Below, in pieces: positions 49,218-55,870 of a stretch of DNA of 55,870 bases. Position 1 is the first letter of the stretch. Every line of letters begins with the position of its first letter. The translations under genes were made by a program, and so were the position numbers. Below the pieces are notes generated by a model that was given only the letters and a program-made list of their open reading frames with translations, was not told the DNA's origin and did not search any database. The stretch covers positions 1-55,870 of the forward strand of contig DBRQ01000009.1 in NCBI GenBank assembly GCA_002306345.1. The letters run 5' to 3'. This stretch comes from Candidatus Pacebacteria bacterium UBA1364 (GTDB lineage Bacteria > Patescibacteriota > Microgenomatia > UBA1400 > PJMF01).

Positions 49218-49328
49218 TTACTAACTCAATTATTAAACTGATTTGCTATATTAGCAAGGAATTATTCCATGCTGTTTCATTCATATTGTCTTCAGTATAA
49301 TTCATTATTGTAGTTCCTATGCGGAAGT

Positions 49329-50294
49329 TTGATCTCGACTCGAATGTGCGAAATAAATATTATGAATAAAAGAAAATTTACTACTGAATTCGGAATAAAT
49401 TTTGTTTGTACGCACCTGACTTTATTACAACAGGACCACCTTGCAACTCAAATTATCCCAAATTTAAAAAATAGCTCAATATACTTCATTTGTTCTAGAC
49501 CTAAGATAACAATAGACATGAAAAACATTAAACAAACTGAAAATTCTTTATCAGGTAATTTTATTGTGCATAGAGGTGACAACCAATACAGTTATCCTTT
49601 TTCAATGAGCTTTCCAGAAAATTTTAAGGTTAAACTAATATGTGATTACCCATATACAGAATACAAGCTTTTCGTAAATGATCATATTTTTTCTGAAGGG
49701 CTGGTTTCGAATCAAGCAACTTTAATTAATGACGATATTCAAAATGAAGTTCCACTAGAAGTGATTTATATTGGGCAATCATTTCCCCACAATGGACGGA
49801 CAATAAAAGATAGATTGCTTAATCACTCGACTTTACAAAAAATTTATGCAGAAAATAATAAAGAAACTCCAGATAATGATATTTATATTATAATTGCCAC
49901 TTTTGAAGATGTAATTCTTGGAGCAATTGACGGAAAGTCTAAAGTAGAAACAACCGAGAAACAAAATGATGATCATACCATTATGGTGTTGGAGAAAGCT
50001 TCAGAAGAAGAACAACAACGAACCAATATTATTGAAGCAGCATTAATAAAATATTTTAGACCAAAATATAATCTTAAATTCATAGACAAGTTTCCGGACA
50101 AGAAACATAATTCATATAAAAGCTATTATGAATTAGATATTAATAGAGTGCTTTTCGAAATAAATACTGAAGTTATAAAAGCTAAAATAAAGAGTGCCAT
50201 TGTTGCTCCAGAATGGACACACTTTGCCGATTTTCCTCTTGAGAATAAGTCCAAAAAAAACGATTTACTTCATTTTATGGGTTTAAGCGAATAA
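49329..50294 (+). CDS. GIY-YIG-like nuclease domain protein
   Basis: EVIYIGQS (nt 49761..), RTIKDRLLNH, NIIEAALIKYFRPKYN (Glu/Asn block). The N-terminal ~130 aa are unassigned. The start is uncertain (TTG 49329, ATG 49344 or ATG 49362). Confidence 0.5.
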   Translation: MISTRMCEINIMNKRKFTTEFGINFVCTHLTLLQQDHLATQIIPNLKNSSIYFICSRPKITIDMKNIKQTENSLSGNFIVHRGDNQYSYPFSMSFPENFKVKLICDYPYTEYKLFVNDHIFSEGLVSNQATLINDDIQNEVPLEVIYIGQSFPHNGRTIKDRLLNHSTLQKIYAENNKETPDNDIYIIIATFEDVILGAIDGKSKVETTEKQNDDHTIMVLEKASEEEQQRTNIIEAALIKYFRPKYNLKFIDKFPDKKHNSYKSYYELDINRVLFEINTEVIKAKIKSAIVAPEWTHFADFPLENKSKKNDLLHFMGLSE

Positions 50295-50316
50295 AATTCT
50301 TTTATACAGTGTTATT

Positions 50317-50343
50317 TGTTCTATAGCTAACTAATATAGAACA
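50317..50343 (+). terminator. 9-bp hairpin tgttctata-(9 nt)-tatagaaca downstream of the GIY-YIG gene (terminator or operator)
   Basis: Perfect inverted repeat read directly. Only a weak T tract follows it. Confidence 0.3.
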
Positions 50344-50461
50344 TTAATTGTTACGTTGTATATTTATCTGTCTCGCTGATGCAATATGGATTTTAAGATT
50401 TGAGTAAATAGTAAAACAGAAAAGCAGGATTATTTTGTTTCTAAGTGATAAACTTTACATA

Positions 50462-52858
50462 ATGCGAAACTTTTTTGTTCATTCTAATGAGTTCAAAGAA
50501 CAAAACAAACGTCCAATGGTTGCAGCGATGCTAGCTGTGTTTTTTGGTCCGCTTGGTTTTCACAGGTTTTATCTGAAACGTTATACCTCTGGCTTAATTT
50601 TTTTTATTTCTACTGTTCTGTCATCCGGTGCACTTATGGTAATAACAATTCCAATCTCATGGATTGAAGCAATCTATTATGCCTATATTCAACAAAAAAG
50701 GGTGAATAAACAAAAAGCTCAAAGAATAGATAGTAATAATACAAATGCGACAAATTTTGCTAATCTTTTTTCTAATTATGGAGCAGGAGACTCTACGGAT
50801 GAGAATGGTATTCCAGACATTAAACATTATCAAATACCTGCCATTTCCCCTGCTTTAGAGAAACAACTAAGTTCATTGCAAGGAATTGTTGCTTCATTGG
50901 AGGATCAATCAAAAAATTTATTGCAATCTAATTATGATTTGCAGAAAGCATATAAGGTTGATTACCACAAAGAGCTTAATGAGAATCAGTTTTTGGCAGC
51001 AACTAATATTGATGGGCCAATGCTCGTCATTGCTGGTGCCGGTAGTGGCAAAACTAGAACCTTAACTTATAGAGTAAGTTACCTTTTAGAGAATGGTGTC
51101 AAACCTCATAGAATTTTGCTTTTAACTTTTACTCGTAAGGCTGCTAATGAAATGTTAGATCGTGTGACTCAATTAACCAATAATCAATCAGCCAAAATGG
51201 TAGACGGTGGAACATTTCATGCCTTCGCTAATAAAGTTTTGCGTAAATACGCCAGACTTATTGATATCGAGCCAAACTTTACTATCATAGATAGCAGTGA
51301 CTCTGCAGACGCAATTAATTTGGTTCGTCACGCATTAAACATTAAAAAGAAAAAAGATGAGCTCTTTCCTAAAAAAACACAGCTGCAAAACATTATTTCT
51401 GGTTCTAGAAACAAATCACTTTCTATTGAGGAATATGTAAAAAAAGAATATCCGCGATTTACTCCGCACATAGATGTTATAGAGCAGATTGCTCGGGCAT
51501 ATCACGAATACAAAAGGACTACTAATATTTTTGATTACGATGATCTTTTGGAAGTATTTCTTGAGAAAATGAAGTCTAATGCAGACTTTTGCAAACAGGT
51601 GCAGAGTAGTTATGATTATGTCCTAATTGATGAGTATCAGGACACTAATATAACGCAAGCAGAGTTAATTGGAGTTTTAGCAAAAAATCATAATAATATT
51701 TTTGTGGTGGGTGATGATGCACAAAGTATCTATGCTTTTAGGGGAGCAAATTTTGTCAATATCCTCAAATTCCATGAGCAATTTCCAGGGGCAAAAGTCG
51801 TTAAACTCAACGAAAATTATAGAAGCAATCAAGAAATTCTCAATTTTTCGAATGCAGTAATAAATGAGGCAACATTAGGCTATAAGAAATCTCTATATTC
51901 ACAGAAAAATGCTGGATATAAACCGCAAGTGTATCGATTTGCCGATGAGTTAAGAGAAGCATCTTGGATAGCAGATGAAATTGAAAAAGAACACGATTCT
52001 GGAAATAAACTCAAAAATATTGCTGTATTATTTAGAGCGTTTTACCATAGCAACTTTCTTCAAGCTGAATTAATGAAACGTAATATTCCTTTTGTGACAG
52101 TGGGTGGAATAAAATTTGTTGAGCGAAAACACGTCAAAGACGTCATGGCATATTTACGTGTTACTGCAAATTTTAAAGATTCATTGGCTTGGAATCGCAT
52201 TTTAACAATGATTCCTAATATTGGAGATAAAACGGCAGCAGATATTTCACTTCAAATTAGGAAACAAGAATTTAATGCAACTGGTTTTACAAAAAAGAAT
52301 TTTTATACGGACTTAGTTAACTTATTATCGTTATTGCAGTCGATTAAAGAGGCACCAGAGATTAAAGAAAAAATTTCCAAAATTATTCAATATTATCTCC
52401 CATATCTAGAAGCAACAGAGGAAAATGCTGCCATACGCAAGTTTGATCTTGATGCTTTGCAAGCATTATCAGAAAAATACAAAAATGCTCAGGACTTTAT
52501 TAATGATTTCTCACTTGATCCACCTAACCAGGCTTTTCAAAACAAAGAAGTTGATAAAGTTGAGAAAATAGACGACTATATTACACTCTCAACAATACAT
52601 TCTGCTAAAGGCTTAGAATGGCATACTGTGTTTGTGATAGAAGCCATTGATGGCTTATTGCCTAGTCATCATAGTCTTAATACTTTAAACGAGATAGACG
52701 AAGAGAGAAGACTATTTTATGTTGCTATTACTCGTGCTAAAGAACGACTAGCTATCACACTTCCTCATTATAGTATGGGATATAGTGCGTTTTTTAGTTT
52801 GCCATCAAGATTTTTAGCTGGACAATCTAGAGAATATTTTGATTTCTCTGATCGGTAA
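50462..52858 (+). CDS. TM2-domain membrane anchor fused to a UvrD/PcrA-type helicase
   Basis: N-terminal MVAAMLAVFFGPLGFHRFYLKRYTSGLIFF plus a second TM helix (TM2-like). Then AGAGSGKTRTL, VLIDEYQDTN, VVGDDAQSIYAFRGA, TIHSAKGLEWHTVFV, RRLFYVAITRAKERL. ATG 50462 (the track TTG is at 50435). Confidence 0.8.
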   Translation: MRNFFVHSNEFKEQNKRPMVAAMLAVFFGPLGFHRFYLKRYTSGLIFFISTVLSSGALMVITIPISWIEAIYYAYIQQKRVNKQKAQRIDSNNTNATNFANLFSNYGAGDSTDENGIPDIKHYQIPAISPALEKQLSSLQGIVASLEDQSKNLLQSNYDLQKAYKVDYHKELNENQFLAATNIDGPMLVIAGAGSGKTRTLTYRVSYLLENGVKPHRILLLTFTRKAANEMLDRVTQLTNNQSAKMVDGGTFHAFANKVLRKYARLIDIEPNFTIIDSSDSADAINLVRHALNIKKKKDELFPKKTQLQNIISGSRNKSLSIEEYVKKEYPRFTPHIDVIEQIARAYHEYKRTTNIFDYDDLLEVFLEKMKSNADFCKQVQSSYDYVLIDEYQDTNITQAELIGVLAKNHNNIFVVGDDAQSIYAFRGANFVNILKFHEQFPGAKVVKLNENYRSNQEILNFSNAVINEATLGYKKSLYSQKNAGYKPQVYRFADELREASWIADEIEKEHDSGNKLKNIAVLFRAFYHSNFLQAELMKRNIPFVTVGGIKFVERKHVKDVMAYLRVTANFKDSLAWNRILTMIPNIGDKTAADISLQIRKQEFNATGFTKKNFYTDLVNLLSLLQSIKEAPEIKEKISKIIQYYLPYLEATEENAAIRKFDLDALQALSEKYKNAQDFINDFSLDPPNQAFQNKEVDKVEKIDDYITLSTIHSAKGLEWHTVFVIEAIDGLLPSHHSLNTLNEIDEERRLFYVAITRAKERLAITLPHYSMGYSAFFSLPSRFLAGQSREYFDFSDR

Positions 52859-52863
52859 CCTTT

Positions 52864-53193
52864 ATGTTTTATAAAATTTGGAAAACCAGTCTTATTTTCT
52901 TTTTTGTCTTAGTTTGTTTACATTTTCTCAAAGATATTACTCAAGATATATTAAGTGTTCCAACAGTTTTAGATAATCTTGGGAATATTGAAGAAAATAT
53001 TAATTATTTTCCCATGTGGCTCACTTGGTTATATCATTGGGCTTGGGTAAATGCTTTTTTTGCAGAGTTAGCGATTATTTTATTAATCCCGTTGAAATTT
53101 AAAGAAACATCTTTCAATAAAAAAGATTTGTTAATAGTTGTTTGTTTGTCTTATATACTTGTGATGACAGCTATTGCTTATTTTCTACAATAA
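52864..53193 (+). CDS. small three-TM membrane protein
   Basis: 109 aa and hydrophobic. Starts 5 nt after the helicase stop. Confidence 0.5.
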   Translation: MFYKIWKTSLIFFFVLVCLHFLKDITQDILSVPTVLDNLGNIEENINYFPMWLTWLYHWAWVNAFFAELAIILLIPLKFKETSFNKKDLLIVVCLSYILVMTAIAYFLQ

Positions 53194-53194
53194 A

Positions 53195-54055
53195 TTAGCT
53201 CATTAGAGATCTAATAATTTCTTCTTCGCAATTTTTTCTAAATAAATGCCCACCGTTCTCATTAATAAAAAGTTCACTATTTGGTATTTGTGATTGATAA
53301 TATTTACCCATATTTAGAGAAACATTTTTATCTTTTGCTCCATACCAAAGATAAACATTTGTTTTAATATCACTTAATTTAAATCCCCAATCATCGGTAT
53401 AGATTTTTAAGTCTAGTGCTGGACCTTTAATACCTTGCCGATAAGCTTCTTTGCTAGAAGCAAAATTACTCATTTCTTTTTTATTTTTAAGCATTTGTCT
53501 ATCTTCTTTTGCTTGAAAACCGACCACTTTTCCAATTATTGGTAGATATTTAAATTCTAAAGCTCCAACCAAAGAAGCCAATGTTCTTAAGAATGGAAAC
53601 TGATGATAATTATTCCAGCCAATTCTTGACATGAAAAATATTCCTTTGGTTATTTCTTTAGAAATGATAGGAGATAATCCAACGACAATGGCAGCTTTAG
53701 TAACTCTGTTTTTTAATTGGTATGCACAAACAGCGGCGTATGGTCCGCCACCAGAAACTCCCATCACAGCAAACCTTTTAATTTTTAATTGATCGGCTAA
53801 TTCAACAACGTCGTTTGGCCAATTAAGCAAAGTCCTGTTTGCCTTGTAAGTTGATAAGCCAAATCCTGGTCTGTCTGGAGAAATTACTCTTATACCAAGC
53901 TTTTTTGCTGATATATCCAATTCAGCACCAGAAAGACGTGATGCTGGCCAACCATGAAAGTAAAAGAGTGGTTTGCCATTATGATCACCATATTCACAGT
54001 AAGCAAGTTTTCTGCCGTCTTTAAGCTTAACAATGGAATTTGTATTTTTAGGCAT
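53195..54055 (-). CDS. alpha/beta-fold hydrolase
   Basis: HGWPASRLS, nucleophile elbow GVSGGG, and a C-terminal GGHL. ATG 54055 gives MPKNTN... The track start 54112 adds a poor N-terminal extension. Confidence 0.75.
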   Translation of the reverse strand: MPKNTNSIVKLKDGRKLAYCEYGDHNGKPLFYFHGWPASRLSGAELDISAKKLGIRVISPDRPGFGLSTYKANRTLLNWPNDVVELADQLKIKRFAVMGVSGGGPYAAVCAYQLKNRVTKAAIVVGLSPIISKEITKGIFFMSRIGWNNYHQFPFLRTLASLVGALEFKYLPIIGKVVGFQAKEDRQMLKNKKEMSNFASSKEAYRQGIKGPALDLKIYTDDWGFKLSDIKTNVYLWYGAKDKNVSLNMGKYYQSQIPNSELFINENGGHLFRKNCEEEIIRSLMS

Positions 54056-54143
54056 AAATGGAACAAACATGATTATATACTGTCTCATTTGTCTCATTTT
54101 CAGTATAATCACCTCTAGCAGATGATGGTATTATAACGACGTA

Positions 54144-54168
54144 GGGTTCCAGACCCACCTGTTCCGCA
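54144..54168 (+). repeat. degenerate copy of tRNA-Ser T-arm and acceptor 3' end (candidate attR)
   Basis: gggttccagacccacctgttccgca versus tRNA 35874..35898 gggttcgagtcccgccccttccgca: 20 of 25 identical, ungapped, same orientation. Confidence 0.5.
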
Positions 54169-54206
54169 TTGAAAAAAAGATTGAATATTCAATCTTTTTT
54201 TCAATG
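54167..54206. terminator. 40-nt perfect palindrome (bidirectional terminator-like)
   Basis: cattgaaaaaaagattgaat | attcaatctttttttcaatg. The halves are exact reverse complements and contain A7/T7 runs. Confidence 0.55.
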
Positions 54207-54241
54207 AAGATAGGTGCTTGAGATGAAAGCCTTTGGTTCGC

Positions 54242-54294
54242 TTATTGAGCTAAATAATGCACACGAGCGAAGCGAGGCGCATTATGCTCAATAA
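54242..54294. repeat. long imperfect hairpin (9+7 bp stem, 3-nt bulge, 18-nt GC-rich loop)
   Basis: ttattgagc-taa-ataatgc ... gcattat-gctcaataa. Confidence 0.5.
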
Positions 54295-54317
54295 TTCGAG
54301 CTTGCAAAGCGAGATGT

Positions 54318-54333
54318 CTCCGCCCCTTCTGCA
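54318..54333 (+). repeat. second tRNA-Ser 3'-end-like segment
   Basis: ctccgccccttctgca versus tRNA 35883..35898 tcccgccccttccgca: 13 of 16 identical. The core ccgccccttc(c/t)gca matches 13/14. Confidence 0.4.
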
Positions 54334-54389
54334 TATGAAAATTAAATAAGCATCGGTGGCTCCTTAATCCGAAATTTTATTTCAATAAA

Positions 54390-54584
54390 TTAATATTTAA
54401 GGAAAAAAAGTTTATCCACCGATGTTTTTAAAGTTTTGGCAACCTCATAAGCCAACTTTAAGGACGGGTTGTATTTTCCTTGTTCCAAAAAAACGATTGT
54501 TTCGCGTCGCACTCCAGTTTTTTTTGCTACGTCTTCTTGAGTAAGATGGAGCTTTGTACGTATTTCTTTAATTCTATTTTCCAT
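54390..54584 (-). CDS. XRE-family HTH transcriptional regulator (YozG-like, short)
   Basis: [52 protein letters not shown]. The longer track ORF (to 54680) overlaps the upstream gene. Confidence 0.75.
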   Translation of the reverse strand: MENRIKEIRTKLHLTQEDVAKKTGVRRETIVFLEQGKYNPSLKLAYEVAKTLKTSVDKLFFLKY

Positions 54585-54588
54585 AAAA

Positions 54589-55140
54589 TTATTTTGTGCA
54601 TGCCACACTTGGAGCTGGAAAAGCTGGGTGGCCGTGCTGAACCCATTGCCCATTCTGACAAATCCAATTATCTTCAGCACTAAAAAGTTTCAAACCAGAA
54701 AAGGCTACCATAAGTATTAAGACAATTCCAATAATTATATAAAGTTTTCTGTTTTTGGCAAAAGTAGCTTTATCAAGATAACGAAAAATGAGTGAATATA
54801 AAATCATCAAAAAACAAACTGAATATGCTAGAGTTGTGGCAATTGGTAAAAAAGACGGATTCAGATCTTGTTGGGCATACAAAATAATCATAACTATGAC
54901 GGCAAATGTATTGAAAATTTGAATCGCCCACCTTGCAGCATCACCACCTATTTTATAATCCCTCTCATCAGCAAGAAACTCATTCTTTAATTTACTGCGC
55001 AAATAAAATAGAAGCGATGAAGAAAGGACAATCCCAATAATTGGTAACAAATAATTTCGAAAGATAATAGACTGACTAACTAAAATTGCTAAAAAGCTTA
55101 TTACTATTAATCGTATATATTTATATTTTTTTATTGTCAT
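54589..55140 (-). CDS. membrane protein (DUF2178-like, the usual partner of the short XRE regulator)
   Basis: 4 TM spans, a LADERDYKI motif, and a Cys-containing C-terminal extension. The family assignment is from memory. Confidence 0.5.
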   Translation of the reverse strand: MTIKKYKYIRLIVISFLAILVSQSIIFRNYLLPIIGIVLSSSLLFYLRSKLKNEFLADERDYKIGGDAARWAIQIFNTFAVIVMIILYAQQDLNPSFLPIATTLAYSVCFLMILYSLIFRYLDKATFAKNRKLYIIIGIVLILMVAFSGLKLFSAEDNWICQNGQWVQHGHPAFPAPSVACTK

Positions 55141-55423
55141 ATTTTTATGTTTCTAATAAGTTACCCAATGTTATATTATTCTAACATTTCTGTCAAACAT
55201 AATTTTGTTTACCTATAAGAGAGTAAACAATTCGCGTCTAAGGTTTTGTTTTTTTATTGGGGCGGTTATACTGTCAGCACTCTTTAAAAAATACTTTAAC
55301 TTAATGGATAGTGTCTTTTTTAATGTAGCCTACAAAATCTTCAAAGAGTTAGCTCTACAATTTGACAATCGGGATTTTGGTGCCTGGCTAAATAGTTAAA
55401 TTTTGCACATTTTTCTGAAAAGA

Positions 55424-55870
55424 TTAGGATTCATTTTTTGGAATCTTTAACGCCATTTGTTCGCGTACAGCTTCAACAATAGGGATGCATGCATTTCTGG
55501 CGACTTGCGAACCAGCACGAAGAATTTCTCCGATGTCAGCGTTTTCGAAAGTTGTACGACGTTGGCGTACTGGTTCCAAAAAATCATTAAGAACTTGCTC
55601 AAGGCGATTTTTTAATACTACGTCACCCAAACCACCTTGGCGATATTGTTTGGCCAATTCTTCAACTTCTTGTTGATTGGGATCGAAAGCTCTCAAGTAC
55701 ACAAAGACTGGATTGTTGTCGGGGTCACCAGGATCTTCTACACGCAAATGATTGGGATCAGTAAACATCTTTTGCACTTTTTGCTTCACTGTTTCAGCAT
55801 TGTCGTTAAGTTGAATAGTGTTATTCAAACTCTTTGACATTTTAGCTTTGCCATCGGTACCAACGAGTCG
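55424..55870 (-). CDS. trpS: tryptophanyl-tRNA synthetase, C-terminal portion (5' end outside window)
   Basis: The frame is open to the window edge. ..LVGTDGKAKMSKS (KMSKS loop) is followed by a TrpRS anticodon-binding helical region. Confidence 0.85.
   Translation of the reverse strand, partial: RLVGTDGKAKMSKSLNNTIQLNDNAETVKQKVQKMFTDPNHLRVEDPGDPDNNPVFVYLRAFDPNQQEVEELAKQYRQGGLGDVVLKNRLEQVLNDFLEPVRQRRTTFENADIGEILRAGSQVARNACIPIVEAVREQMALKIPKNES

Larger units (their letters stand above)
35897..54168. mobile_element. putative integrated element (degenerate prophage or satellite-like island carrying defence-type cargo) adjacent to tRNA-Ser
   Basis: The island starts at the 3' end of tRNA-Ser. 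It contains a serine recombinase and a terminase / ParB-methylase module. A 20/25-nt copy of the tRNA 3' end lies at 54144..54168. The interior is visibly more AT-rich than the flanks (by eye, not computed). Confidence 0.55.

Noticed and set aside
55205-55399. 64-aa ORF between the DUF2178-like gene and trpS
   Set aside because: TTG start, no motif and a composition typical of AT-rich intergenic sequence. It more likely represents promoter and terminator space for the flanking minus-strand genes.
1-55870. Alternative genetic code (UGA or UAG reassignment, as in some candidate phyla)
   Set aside because: Long uninterrupted ORFs with recognisable full-length products appear under the standard code. 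TGA terminates well-defined genes, for example at 3681..3683 and 10560..10562. The only in-frame TAG is the single case at 11411..11413.
1-55870. CRISPR array or cas genes
   Set aside because: There is no run of three or more regularly spaced direct repeats anywhere. The only short repeats are the two CUUG hairpins (9050..9141) and the tRNA-end copies, and neither has CRISPR periodicity.

Overview
This is a low-GC, densely packed bacterial chromosome fragment read under the standard code. TGA, TAA and TAG all act as stops. Shine-Dalgarno use is weak and -10 boxes often sit directly in front of start codons. The style suggests an uncultivated small-genome bacterium such as the CPR/Patescibacteria, but that is inference and cannot be confirmed without a database search.

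Positions 1-35.9 kb and 54.4-55.9 kb carry housekeeping genes: dus, a UvrD-nuclease helicase, an RmlC-like protein, an M29 aminopeptidase, map, rpoD, a P-type ATPase, an MFS transporter, a GT39-like glycosyltransferase, ATP-grasp ligases, a DEAD-box helicase, an LCP protein, queA, a RecD-like helicase, a pseudouridine synthase, a HAD hydrolase, typA, rarA and trpS. Three tRNAs are present: Asn-GTT, Arg-GCG and Ser-CGA.

An ~18 kb accessory island starts immediately after tRNA-Ser(CGA) and runs from about 35.9 to 54.2 kb. By eye it is more AT-rich than the flanks. Its far side carries two degenerate copies of the tRNA-Ser 3' end. The left part looks phage-like: a large serine recombinase and a ParB-DNA methyltransferase / small HTH / terminase-large-subunit operon, with no structural genes.

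The right part (43.0-53.2 kb) is the most interesting region. It holds an XRE regulator followed by a translationally coupled operon (UvrD-like SF1 ATPase, multi-zinc-ribbon protein, P-loop kinase-like protein, HEPN-motif protein). After that come a convergent second HEPN-motif protein, a GIY-YIG-like nuclease, and a TM2-domain::UvrD helicase fusion with a small membrane protein. I could not match this gene set to any named defence system from memory, so I flag it as a candidate undescribed anti-phage or abortive-infection locus.

Other notable points:
- A methyltransferase-glycosyltransferase gene is cut by a single in-frame TAG.
- Promoter geometry is widely leaderless-like.
- A 40-nt perfect palindrome lies in a highly structured intergenic region.
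- A gene remnant sits next to tRNA-Asn.

All functional calls rest on motif recognition by eye. No searches were run.
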